Shown here piece after piece: positions 1 to 11,978 of a stretch of DNA of 64,000 bases. Source of the stretch: Takakia lepidozioides (Eukaryota; Plantae; Bryophyta); NCBI GenBank assembly GCA_030704615.1, contig CM060732.1, positions 70,680,001 to 70,744,000 on the forward strand, written 5' to 3'. The position numbers and the translations under genes were made by a program. The notes beneath the pieces are model-generated. The model searched no databases, had not been told where the DNA came from, and saw only the letters and a list, made by a program, of their open reading frames with translations. The first letter of the stretch is position 1, and each line of letters opens with the position of its first letter.

Positions 1-867
1 CTTTAGCCGGAGCTTTTCGCAAGACAGTGCAGCATGCAAACTGGCAAAACCGCAAATGGCATCGCAGTTGGGCCATGTCACAGGAGCAGCTGAACCCTCC
101 CCAATCAGCTGCTTTCCATCCATCTACACACATTCATCCACTACGGGCAAAACTTTATTATACATCCAAGTACTTGGGTTCATACATCCATTGAGAGTCC
201 CATGGACTACGAGGAGATAGATGACGTCCATCGATTCACAGGGATGAAAACTGAATGGATGTGTCCCTACGGATGATAAAGTGAGCTCATCCCTAACGAA
301 GCCTGTGCAGCGAGTACAATCCTTTCCCACTTTTTTCATCCTCTCTTGGCGCTCTTCCTTTCTTCTTGGTCCGCTTGTGAGAAAGGGGTCCATTGCGAGT
401 TACACTAGAGCTCCGAGGAGGATTTTGAGAATGTCTCCAAATCTAATCTGCTGTTTGCTGTGAATGTAGCCGCAGAGTACACAACAAAGAACCAAAAAAA
501 GACTCCGCTTGCCATTGATACAAATATTACAAAAAAAGAACCACACCTGAAGGTCTGAGTTTCTTGTGGTACTATCATTCGGCACTAGCATTAGGTTGGC
601 CAGAGCGGCACCCTGAAGGTCACCCACAAGGGTTTTCGGATGAAATTTATATCTTTATCCGGACAGAACTGTGGCCGTCCATTGAGTGCGATGGGAAGGC
701 GCAAGTGTCGGGGAGTAAACAGACCGAGATTCTGCGCCAAAGGAAGCAGGAAGCCAATGAAGGTGATCGACATAAATCTGGGCAGTAGCACCTCTGCTTC
801 GACTTAAGCTTCCTACTCTTCTCTGGGTCTTTTGACTTGGAATGGATGGCGGGTAATAAACCACCAA
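1..867 (-). pseudogene. Decayed, probably spliced gene fragment of unknown family
   Basis: ORFs 655-867 and 400-627 share a frame across a stop; a GT..AG intron-like segment lies at ~547-460; ORF 124-393 continues in frame past its TAG to the window edge. No recognisable domain. Confidence 0.3.
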
Positions 868-1316
868 GAAGATTCGAGTCTAAACAACTGCCCCTAAATT
901 TGGTAAATGCCTTATTGTTCTTTTATTGAGTTTATAAGCTCAATGGTGGGTCATATACCTAGAGCAATGAAACTCCAGAAGCTTTGAGATGTCCCATTTT
1001 GCATGATGTTGCACATCTTTCCTGCTGTAGCTGCTGGAGACCTGGTTTCTAGCAGTTTTCCTTCATGACTAGTAGTTTTCCTTCACCCTGCATGTATTGG
1101 ACCTGGACAGTAGCAGTGGCAAGCATGGTCATGGTGGCACTTTTGCTATCTACCAAGACCCAGATAATTTCAGGTCTTCACAGATTTCAATCTCCTGGGT
1201 ATGATGATCTAAGATCCTCTTTCTGTGTCTCTTGGTGTTAATCATCTCAGGACCCAAACATCCCTGAAAATGTACCTTCAGCACTGGGAACTCTATCACT
1301 GCAGCTAGCAGGCATA

Positions 1317-2849
1317 TTGATACGAGAAAGAAAGGAACATTTTCTATTTTCAAGTGAAAGAGAGATCTGGCCAAATGTGAAGTTCAAGATTCTATCAATG
1401 ATATCTCACAGGATAAGGTCGGCTAAAGAAAAGGAGATGGACGCACTGGAGGTCATGGTAATACGGGAGAGTGAACTTGCTACAGCCGAGCAATTGGAAC
1501 TAGATAAATGTCATCAAGAATTCTGGTTATTACTAAAGACATCTATGCGGCAATATAAGAAGGATGTGATGAAGGTTAGCCTTTTCTCTCTCTATCCTCC
1601 ATATTTCATGCTATCTATACATGTGTTTTCCAGGCAAGAATCCATGATCTTGATTCCTTCATGTGGGGGTCCTTTTGCTGAAAGGTATTGGTGGTTTGTC
1701 AGCTCCTACTGAATTGACGACAAAAACGAGAGTCCATCTTGGAGCAAAGGGTGAAGGGAAGGATGCAGTTGGTGGAGCACACCGAAGTTGCCAAGAAAGA
1801 GACACTCATGCTTGAAAGTATGATGTCCATAGAAGCTACTGTCAGGGTGATGAAAAAGGTGAACCGCTTATTGAGCTAAAGCACTAGCAATCATCTTTCT
1901 ATTCACTTGTCACTCTCACTGAATGGTCTCTTGGTGAGTATCAGGTTTCCATTGCAGTGACAGTAATGCAAGCTTCACTGTGGTGTAATTATTGCAACAC
2001 TCTTTGCGAGTGATTGGGTGGCCTCTACCAAAGGCTTTTAAATGCAAGTGCCGGGATGCATTTAAACCACCTGAGGTCGTTGGACAAGGTTCTATCTAAC
2101 ATTGTAGAGAATGTATGTCGTCACAGTCTTAGGTGATGCCTTCTCTAGTTTTATCTCACGAAACTAAGATTGTTGAATCCCTTGTCTTCAAAATTTTGAT
2201 GGTCATATGGTTTTTTGAGTATTTATTGGATCTGTTGCAGATTGAGAATGTCACCAGATCAAACATGGAGAAGAAGGACATGGAGAAGCACCACAAAACA
2301 GAAGCGGCAAGGGTATTGAGAGAAAAAGACGACATGGAGAAGAAGTACAAAATGGAAGAGGCTAGGTTATTGAGAGAGAAAGAGGACATGGAGAAGCACC
2401 ACAAATCAGAAGCAGCGAGGGTATTGAGAGAAAAAGATGACATGGAGGAGCGCCACAGAATGGAAGAGGCGAGGGTGAGAGTATTGAGAGAGGAAATGCA
2501 CATGGAGAAGAGGAACGAAACGGAAGAGGCGAGGCACCACCAAATGAAGGAGGAGACATTGCAAAGAGAGCTTCAAGAGGCAACGCAAACACTGCAGGAG
2601 CTTGAGCAAAGTATACAGGAAGAATCCGAGTGTGCAGTTTGTGCTCGAGAAATAGAAGGCATCAAAGGGACTCGGAAAAGGCGGATGAGTAACTCTGGTG
2701 TTGAGCCAGCTCGAAAGAGAGTATGTTTCAAACCGTGCAACCATGCCGGGGTGTGTGATGAGTGTGCGGATAATATTTGGACCCGTTCTCAGAAATGCCC
2801 CCTGTGCAACACCCAAGTCACTGAGAAGCCAACTGCCATTTGCTTGTGA
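1317..2849 (+). pseudogene. Coiled-coil + C3HC4 (zf-C3HC4_3-like) RING E3 ligase gene, probable pseudogene
   Basis: Phase-0 exons ~1317-1574, 1703-1858 and 2241-2849 with GT/AG borders. RING CAVC...PCNHAGVCDEC...CPLC. The middle exon has an in-frame TGA at 1715-1717. Confidence 0.7.
2277..2510 (+). repeat. 54-nt (18-aa) coding tandem repeat DMEKHHKTEAARVLREKD, ~4.5 units
   Basis: GACATGGAG recurs at 2277, 2331, 2385 and 2439. Units 1/3 and 2/4 are most alike, giving a 108-nt higher-order period. Confidence 0.9.
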
Positions 2850-3943
2850 CTATCACCACATTGATGCACCAACAAGACTACATTTGGGTTGAATGTAGGA
2901 TGGCACATACTAGGTTGGTTCCATGTTAATTTTCGGAAGCTTTTGAAGAAAGAGCAGAACAGGTTCATTTATAATTTTGCGATTGAGTTCATTGAAGGTT
3001 CCCGCATGCCCAATCTTATTAGAAGTATTCACGCCAATGAGCTCAGTAAGCAGCCCATCACACTTGATAACACGAAAACTTTAGAATTTCACAACTTTGC
3101 CATTGTGATTGCCATCAAATGTAGGCAACAAAATATCAGATCAGTTGATCTACACAAAATTGATTAGATACAGAAGTTTTGCCCTGATGGATTTGAGCTG
3201 AAACATGATTATTGTTCAATATTGGGGTCCGGTGTTGTTATTATGGTTTGTGATGATGATTGTACTCTGAAGTTCAGTTTAGAGAGAGGCACATGATAGC
3301 CAGGGCAGTCTCTAGCTCAGTTGAAGTTTGCCGGGACGTGAAAATTTTCATATCTTTCTAATTGGGCATCCTCAACTCTAGAGAAGGCCTAGTTCACAGG
3401 TCAGTGGCAACAGCAGGAAACCCAGTATGGTATGCACGGCGTATTGAGGGTTCGAACTTCGTACTTTGATAGAAATAAAGACGTTGGGAAGAGAGCAAGA
3501 AAGCAAGGGGCAAGAAACTTCTAATGTCCAGAGGGGACCCGTGGGCCCATGGGACAAAGAACTCGAATCCAAGCTTCAAGCTCTTGGCATGGATTTCTCT
3601 CTTGCAGGGCAGTTGGCGTACTTACCATGAGAGACACGATCCCTCACAATGGTTCCTACATCGATCTGCATGCCAATGCAATATGCCGGGAGTGGAGATG
3701 GCGGCGAAGTCTTTTACAAAGCTTGAACTCTAGAAAACGCTGAGAAAGCCTACTTTTTAATGTGCCAGGTCGCCTTGCGTTGTGGGTGAGGACGTTGGAC
3801 TCCACTTAACAAGGCAGGGACAAGACCTGTACATTGTAGAGAAGAGGTGTTGGGATGGAAGGAACATAAGGAACGGGATATTTCTGAAGTGTATGCAACT
3901 TGTCCCCCTCCTGATTGCTCGAGGGAAGTAGGTTTCAGCCGGT

Positions 3944-6024
3944 ATGGAAGCAATTACCTGCAACAACCTCTCTTACTGTGAGAGGCATGGGCGAGACGTC
4001 TGCAACGACTGCCGTTTAGATTTCACTGATTTTCCATGTGAGTTTGAGATTCCAGAAAATGGTCAACCAGAGTACCCAGTTCGTGTTGATAATGAAGATC
4101 TTGAGAGCACCCTCCTGGCCAAACGGTGGCTGGACATGCAAAGGAAACCTTATCTTGTCACTGCTGGGACTCTGAAGAGTTCTCAAGTACAGCTGCCGAA
4201 ATTGAAAGCGTCAGATCGGCTTAACAAATCTGCCCGAGGTATACAGGAGACTCTGCTTGCGGTGTTTCACCAATTGCTTCCCATGTGCACAACACAACGA
4301 TACTTTTTTGCAAATCAGCCGAGGATCATGATAGAGGACTTTGAGACGTTCGAGCAGTCGATACTCTTGTATGGAGAAAACCTCCATGATACCCTGGAAC
4401 GGAAGATCAGCTTGTCGGTGGAAGTGCGTGCAATTGAGCTAACTGCTGGCGATATGGCTTCTGAGCGAAAAAAGAAGGCAAGAGCAAGTCTCGTGAGCAC
4501 ATTTGGGTTGCTCCTGGAGCTTAATACTCAACGGACCTTCTGGCGAATGATGAGTTGACAACAGAATCCTATATTCGCCTGCTTGAGGGTTATGACGAGG
4601 AGGCAGATGATCATGTGGTGTTCACAGAGAAGGCGAAAGCCGAACTTCTGCAGTGGATCGGCCATGTATTCTGGTCATTACGGCATGCTCAGTATGTTCT
4701 GAATGAATTACGCAAGCATCAGCATGTTATGTACCAGCGCAATGAATTCCCTTTCTACCCATGGGATGTGGATGCACTTGAAGCAGGACTTGACGTGCAC
4801 CTGATTATTGCCAAGCTTAGTAGATGCCCCATTCATGACTTTCACTTCATGGCTTCAGCTTTCAATGAGCTGAGACAGGCCAGTGAGTATCCAGAGCAAA
4901 TGGTGCATGTTAGCTCTGCAATGATGGTTGCCATAGACGAGATGAGTGCAAGGTTCCGTGTATTGGAGTTATTGATGCGTGCAGGGCAGGTAAGTGCGAC
5001 AAGAATCCAGGTGAAAAAAGCGCTCACTGGATTCAGCTTTGATCCGTCTGTTCTGGAATCATATTCCACTATGGAGGATGCACTGAATGTCATATATGAT
5101 AATATCTCTGCACCGAAACTGAGGAATCCCACACCTGAAAGCTGTTCATTTTTGCTAGAGCTGATTGTACTAGAGAGAGACTGTCGGATTAAGTATATGA
5201 AGAAGTTTATGCGTCTTCCAGTGCCAGATACTACAGATTTCACAAAAGAGTTGTTTGATGTTTTCAAGCCAACTTACACAAAGCTGTATCGAAAATCTAT
5301 CCGTCTGCTTTGGAAGGGCCGCGAACGATCTTTGCTCTCCTCTGAAGTTGCCCGCAGAACTGAACACAGGCTTGCAGGTCAGAAGAAGAAAAGCAAGAAA
5401 AAAGCATCCGTTTCTGGGCCTTCAGGTTGGGAGATTGGAGACTTAGCCGAAGCTCGAAGGGTGCCAGAAGAGTCTTTTGTTGACCCGCGTTTGTTTTGGG
5501 CTATCGGGGATGGATCCGTAGAGCGATATGAGCTGACAACTTTTCGCGAAAAGATCAAGACACGAAAGAGCAATGCCACATATATTGAAGCAAGTCCGAC
5601 CTCTGTCGACAGTCCACCATCTACTGTTGCTGAAGAAATGCCATCTCCTGTGCCTCGCTCTTTGAATGAACTGAAGGAAAGTGATTTGACCACACGTGAC
5701 ATATTGTGGCGGAAAGTGAAGGGTCTAGTGAAGTGGAGCAGTGTGCAAAAGTTTCTGACTCGGCTTGGTTGTAGTATACTCAGTCTGGACGGGTCTAGGA
5801 AGAAAGTAGTGGACAGCAACACTCGTCGCTGCACTGTTCTCCACAAGCCACACCCTAGTGAGGAATGTCGACGGGATCAGCTGGACAATTATCGAATACA
5901 TTTGGAGGATTGGTTGCATATTAACTATGAGGATCTGGTTACTCCTGATGAGATGACCCCAGAGAGCAGATGTGCAGACAGGGGCTTGGACCCTTCCAAA
6001 GATGTAGAGAGGGGCCCGACTTAG
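3944..6024 (+). pseudogene. Apparently intronless ~690-aa protein split by one frameshift: N-terminal CxxHxxxxCxxC motif, basic NLS-like tract, C-terminal HicA-like (dsRBD-fold RNase) domain
   Basis: ORF 3944-4558 overlaps ORF 4555-6024, whose frame is open from 4525. Motifs: YCERHGRDVCNDCRLDF; QKKKSKKK; C-terminal VKWSSVQKFLTRLG...DGSRKKV...LHKPHP...YRIHLEDWL (~5689-5935). The frameshift could be a sequencing error. Confidence 0.7.
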
Positions 6025-6328
6025 ATACCACCATGACTATACTCTTCATCAAGTGTAGCATGTTTGAGTGCAATTTATCTGACTCCACAGTTTTGAACAT
6101 TAGACATGTAACTGAGTATAGATGCATGTCTGCATAGCAAGCATCAAAGCTTCTTGCACATTTTGTGATATGATTCCTTGAAGGGGCTCGATACCTTCCT
6201 TGTTTTCATGCAGTGGTCACTGAGGCACTAAGGAGCAACCTTTTAGGCCGTTGAGAACTTGAAAGGCTTTCAAGAATGAGATGCTGTCAAGTGTTGATGG
6301 TTTTAGACAGACAGCCTGAAGAAACGTT

Positions 6329-6703
6329 TTAGAATGCTATACACTGGTTGTCAACCTGACTGTAGCAACACCTTCTCTAATTTCTTATACCTCTCTCCTC
6401 CATCATTTTTCTCACCTTCTCCATATAAGCCCACCTGCCAGTTGCAGCATAGCTATTCGATAGCAGTACATTAAGAGCCTCCATACCACACCCGTGCTGT
6501 GTATACCCTGTGATCATTGCAATCCATAAGACCACATTTCATTGACCCATATTATTAAACACTTGATGTGCATCTCTTCTGCTCCCGCATTTGGCATACA
6601 TGGCACAAAGGGTAGTCTGCAGAATGATATCTGGCAATATTCCAGCTTTTGTGATGTCTGCATTGACCTCTTTGCCCTTGCCCAAGGCTCCAAGGCTGCC
6701 ACA
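6329..6703 (-). pseudogene. PLS-class pentatricopeptide repeat (PPR) protein fragment with E domain
   Basis: Hand translation of a frame not in the ORF list: CGSLGALGKGKEVNADITKAGILPDIILQTTLCAMYAKCGSRRDAHQVFNNMGQ*NVVLWIAMITGYTQHGCGMEAL, joined by a deletion to VLLSNSYAATGRWAYMEKVRKMMEERGIRN*RRCCYSQVDNQCIAF (E domain). Confidence 0.85.
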
Positions 6704-8091
6704 CCACCTTGGGAATGCATTATTTCCTCCATGAGTTGGACGCTACATTCCTGGAACATCTGGGGCATTGGTTCCGAGGCTTCCATGCCCAAGAGAAGGC
6801 GTTTGCGTGCTTGGGCCTCGTCCCTTATCTCGTCTAACTCCGTCATCTTTCTCCGAGAGCATAAGCTGGACGATAGGAAGATTCTTTCTGTTGGTGATTC
6901 CTTCTGGCTCACTAATTTAGCTTGGTGGAATCCGACAGTGGTTGACTCCCGGGAGGCACAGCTATCCTTGTCACTCCTGCAATCGCTTCCTCCTTTGTCA
7001 AGGTCGAGACATGGGTGCAAGGCAGGATTCAATGCGCCATCACGGCTCCAACTCACAACAAAGAGAACTAGCATGATTAGGACCACGCTTCAATCGAGAG
7101 ATAGAGTGCCCTGCAAGGGGGTCATGTGCTTTCCTGCAAGTCTGAGAGATTGAATTCAAATGGAGGGGCAGTGTATCAAAAATCCCATAAACTACATAAA
7201 GTGCGCACAGGGGTGACAATCACATCTGACTCTTCTGCTAACTACCAAGAAGTTCGAGCCACATGCAATTGGGTCTGGTGCAAGTTTAGCGAGTATTTAC
7301 CAGGAAAATGAGAGGAAGATCTGAGCCAGTTATCGTTGACTTTCAGGTCACAGCAGCTGTCCAAAGGGAGGTCCAAGTATATTTTCATGTGAGACGAGTG
7401 AACAGTGATCTCCTGATCGAAACTACACTGAGGGTGAACCAGAGTTCAGACCCACTATTGCATCACACTTGCTATGGGAAAACCCTACACCATCTATGCA
7501 GACTTTCGGAAGAGTAATAACAGAATTCAATGAGGATCTGGGTCAGACTCATTTGGGGCATATTACGTATTCAATGATACCATGCCCAAGCATGTTTGAC
7601 GAAAATGAAGAGAAGGTGGTACCAACACCATGGCCACAGGACTCCGAGGAAGATGGAGAGAAGGTGGAAGTGATTGTGTGGCAGGGTCTGGATGGACGAC
7701 TCAAGAGTGACTAAAAGCAGTTCTGGTTAATGGTAGATGCCTTGGTCACACCTGGTTTCAGATAACAGATGCTGGTGCTACTTTAGCCCGACATAATGTT
7801 GCAGACGTGTTTGCTTTAGTTTTTCACCATATCATTGATCTACTGTCGTGTTAGTCTGCATACGAAACAAGCTTGTGGGCGCTGTAGTGTAATCTGTACC
7901 ATAACTAGCTCCCTCTGTGCTCCTGAACATGTTTCAGTAGATCTTGAACTGGGAAATAATGATTCGCCAGTTTGATGCTCAGATTGACACGCTCTTTTCT
8001 ACACGTACTATCATGGGACAAGTACAACTCTTGCTAAGTTTCAACTTATCTGCTTTGGAGAGACTAGTACCCACATAATGAGTCCTTGGTA

Positions 8092-8730
8092 AGAAATGAA
8101 ATAATACTTTATAATGTTTGGGGGAAGCTCAAAGAGCTTATGGGACAAGAGAAAGCACTAAACCAGAAAGGAGAGTGGTACCTCCAGAAGAAGCCTGAAA
8201 ACAACTATTGGTCAAGGTATTGTCTAAGAGTGAACCCCTCAGAAAGAAAGAAAAAAGATTTCCTATGCAAGAAGCCAGTAGGGCCCATGGGACACAATAG
8301 AACCTTTGATTGAGGAATTCTCATGCACACGTACTTGAAATGGAAACTTTGCTTCTGGGTTGAAGACCAGGATGTTGGTCTTATGGTTGACTGGTGATCC
8401 AGATTGCTGAGCAACCTCAAGAATTGAAGTTTGGGTGGGGTCTGTGGGGCCTGACAGTTAGTAAGTCGAGATTGAAGGACATGCTGAGTGGGGGCTCCAC
8501 AGAATAGCTTGGGCCATCAGGTCATGTTTTCCCTCTAGATGCCTGGATCCATTTTGTCTTACCAACAAATTGGAGGCACAACGGTCTACATGTTTTTCTG
8601 ATTGTTTTCAAGCGTACTTAAATTGGAGTCAAAATCTGTAATTACGCGTATAATTGTACAGTATGATCCTCATAATGGAAGACTTCAGTGAGAGATTAGG
8701 TTCCGCGGAATAGACAGTGGAATATAGACA
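8092..8730 (-). mobile_element. Fragments of RTEX-like LINE family B (3' tail and C-terminal coding end)
   Basis: 8092-8170 matches the 3' tail at 19864-19970. 8660-8730 encodes [18 protein letters not shown], as in ORF 19972-20730. Confidence 0.6.
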
Positions 8731-9834
8731 TAAATTTTCTGGGAACCACCGTACATGGAGCACTCGCGGCCATTACAGTCTCGCGGGTTTGAATGTATGA
8801 CTTTAAACTGTAGCTGATCACAAGGTTGGTATGTAATCACCCTGGTTGAATGTTAGGCCTTGGACTAACATTAACAAGGATTGGAATCGCCTTTGTATAT
8901 GTAACAGTAAATACTCATGGATAAAAGTTACGGTTTGTTTGACCTCCAGCGGATTTATAGAGCCTACCCCTCACACAATTTAACATATGAACTGAATTGT
9001 CAGCACAACACTGTAAAGCAGTATAAAACACCCAAATGAGGTGCTGAAGGCCCATTTTCAAAGACAAAAGAATTGCTTGATTTCATGATCTCATGAATCC
9101 ATGGACCAGTGCAATCAAATTGTCTTAGGACTGCCCTATTTGTACTACTACCCTTACTAGTGCTTATGGGTTTGCTGATCAAAAGACAGTAATATGATAC
9201 TCATGTCATGTCTGACCGCTTGCAGAGGTTGATGTCCATACATCCGTACTCCCGTGTCTAATCATCTGGTCAGAGGGATATCAGGATCAACTTTGGACTC
9301 AAAATCAACATGAGAAGTTGAGAACCAAACTTAGCAGGCCTCTGTCCCCTTTCTAAGAAAAAAATGACAACTTATGTAGAAGCCTAGTTCTTTTTTCTCT
9401 TTTTCTTGGGAAAGGGGAAACGAACCCAACAGATTGAGAACTGGTGGAAAAAATAACCGCCAAAAGGCCGGTGACTACAACGTCACACCAAGTCCAAAAC
9501 GAGAACCAACGCAAAAGCGGAAACTAAGCAGAGGGGAAAGAACCCAGAACAGACAGAGCAAGCAATGCGCACTTGAAAGCAAGGAAACGCTTGGGAAGGA
9601 GAAGAGATGAGCAGGACACCAGCTACGAAGCCTAAATAACAGCGATTCAGAACTGCAACTGGGGTCCCTAGCCCCACGGTGATCTCCCCCTCTTCACTCT
9701 CAATTGGAGACATCCCAACACGGGGAGCAGGTCATTCCAGTGAGCCTATGTAGTTATTTCTGACCAAGTTAGAATGCCTGTGTATTTTTAATTTGTTTTT
9801 GTCTTTGCGGCGCCACAAAGGCTTACGTTGAAAC

Positions 9835-10176
9835 ATGGGGAGATTTTTGAGAGAGACAAAGGACATGGAAAAGCACCACAAAACGAAGGAGGAGACATTA
9901 GAAAGAGAGCTTCAAGAGGCAAGGCAAGCATTGCATGAGCTTGTGCAAACTGTAGAGCAAGAATCTGAGTGCGCAGTTTGTACTCACGAAATGGAAGGCA
10001 CTCGGAAAAGGCAGTTGAGTAACTCTAGTGTTGAGGCTCAAAAGAGAGTGTGTTTCAAACCGTGCAACCATGCCGGGGTGTGTAGTGAGTGTGCCATAAA
10101 GATCTGGAGCCAATCTAGGAAATGTCCCTTATGCAACACCTGACTCACCGAGAGGCCAACTGCCATTGTCTTGTGA
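9835..10176 (+). pseudogene. Paralogue of the RING gene last exon, with premature stop
   Basis: Nearly the same RING (CAVC...PCNHAGVCSEC...CPLC). TGA at 10141 replaces CAA of copy 1, and the homologous stop is at 10174-10176. 3' flank homology continues (10414-10458 vs ~3105-3150). Only about one repeat unit is retained. Confidence 0.8.
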
Positions 10177-10442
10177 CTATTGATGCACGAACGAGAGTTT
10201 GGATCCTATGTACAGCTGGCGTACAGTAGTTCATTCCATTTGTATTGTTTTAAGTTTCTGAAGTAAGAGATGCACTGTTTCGTTGATTTTGCAATTAAGT
10301 TCATTCGAAATACCCTCATTCCACAACGTATTCAACCATAGAGAGATTGAGCATCCATGATGTGGACAACTAGCCCGTGAGGCTCCATAAAATTAGAACA
10401 TAGAATTGTGTTTGTGATTGCAATCAAAAGTAGGCAACACTA

Positions 10443-10633
10443 ATCAAATCATTTGATCTGTGGAGACTTTATTGAGGAAAATAGTGCAAATTTGCATGAT
10501 AGGAAAAGGAGGTAGCCAGAGAAATGAAGGGTTTCACTTATCAAATCATTTGACCTGTGGAGACTTGATTGAGGAAAATAGTGCAAATTTGCATGATAGG
10601 AAAAGGAGGTGGCCAAAGAAATGAAGGGTTTCA
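10443..10633. repeat. 97-bp tandem duplication (2 copies)
   Basis: ATCAAATCATTTGA..GAAATGAAGGGTTTCA starts at 10443 and 10540 with few mismatches. Confidence 0.9.
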
Positions 10634-10966
10634 AAAGTTGCTGGAGTTTGGAGATTGAATTTGCTTTGCAGCTATTGATCACACCAACAAACCTGCCAGC
10701 AGCAGCAGCAAGAGGCTGTAGGGTAGCCAGCTCCTTTACAACACTTTACAGCACTAATCCATAACCAATCCTGTAGGTAAGAGTGTTGGACCATCAATGG
10801 CTTTGCAAATTTATTGAAAGTTCCCCGCATGGCTCCTGCAAATATCATTGTCCCCTTGCTTCTCTTCACTCATGGATGTTTAGGCTTCTGTCCACATGTA
10901 ACGCTGTCCCCAAATGCATTGAGAACCCAGGACCCCCTACAACTATCAGCTCATGAAGAGCTATAT

Positions 10967-10968
<2 letters not shown>

Positions 10969-11003
<35 letters not shown>
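10969..11003. repeat. (CT)n microsatellite
   Basis: Perfect dinucleotide run. Confidence 0.95.
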
Positions 11004-11008
<5 letters not shown>

Positions 11009-11220
11009 TTCTCTAGGAAAAGCAAACCAAAGATCTTCCTCACGATCCATTGCAGAAGTAGCTCTTTGGCTAAAACTAGTTATGGTTACTGGGAGACATC
11101 TTGGTCACCTTTGTAGATCACTGGTGCAAGTGTTGATTACCACTAATTCATGTTGCTCCAAGGTGATTGTATGCTGACATGATGTTGCAGGCCTTTGCTC
11201 TACTAGTTCTTCACCATACA

Positions 11221-11396
11221 AGTTGTAGCCCAGTGGTAATGGGCACATACCACGTCGGAAGTGGTTGTGGGTTCAATCCACCCTTGGTGTCACAAAGGTG
11301 TCCACCTTCCTAACGGAAGGCAGTAACCCTTTGGGGTGAAGAGACACCATAATTTACGCTTCCTTTGGGAGGCGTCAAATATTATTACTATTATTA
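11221..11396 (+). mobile_element. tRNA-derived SINE with 11-bp target-site duplication
   Basis: A-box-like TAGCCCAGTGG, B-box-like GGTTCAATCC and a (TTA)n tail; TSD TTCACCATACA at 11210-11220 and 11397-11407. Its 3' core recurs at ~18779-18860 (-) and ~25150-25223 (+). Confidence 0.8.
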
Positions 11397-11978
11397 TTCA
11401 CCATACAGCTATTCTCATGTTAGTTTGCATCTATTGTAGAGAACCAATGTGGGAACCATCGATGTTAGCTTAACACTTAAATGCCCAATGTGTACGCAAC
11501 CATTCCCAATTTTCAGATTTGACCGGACATTATCTTCCTCCCAGGCTACCGGGCCTCATCAGATGCGTCCATCATTACAAAAAAATTAAATGTGACAGCG
11601 GGAAGGTGGACACTGGACACCTTTGTGACACCGATCGGTGGATTGAACCACAACCATTTCTACATGCCCATTACCACTGGGCTACAACTTGGTTGTCCCC
11701 ATCGTTGCACTTAGTGTGTTTGTGGACAATAATATACCACTGGTAGTAGCGTGCTTCCAACCGAGGGGTATTCGAATTACTATGTCATAGTGCAACACAA
11801 AAATTCAAACATTGTGATTGAAAGAATCCTTGCTATATGGACCACAATAACATCATTTCACCAATAATCAAGTTTTCGAGATACCGCATTTATGACAGCA
11901 TACAACCGTCCAAGTTTTTAAAAATAACTAAGCTTCTAAAGCTCCTATCCCTATTTTGGTTGCCTCGGCCCAAAAACT

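Noticed and set aside
2277-2510. CRISPR-like regular repeats
   Set aside because: In-frame coding tandem repeat with no unique spacers, in a eukaryotic context with no cas genes.
6514-7153. Long ORFs 6514-7086 (-) and 6542-7153 (+)
   Set aside because: No recognisable domain; the real coding signal is the PPR in a different minus frame, so these are largely shadow ORFs.
7126-7714. Three overlapping short plus-strand ORFs resembling a frameshifted gene
   Set aside because: Protein-like composition but no motif or splice structure I can support.
11221-11290. tRNA gene
   Set aside because: A/B boxes are present but no convincing cloverleaf; the tail and TSD indicate a SINE.
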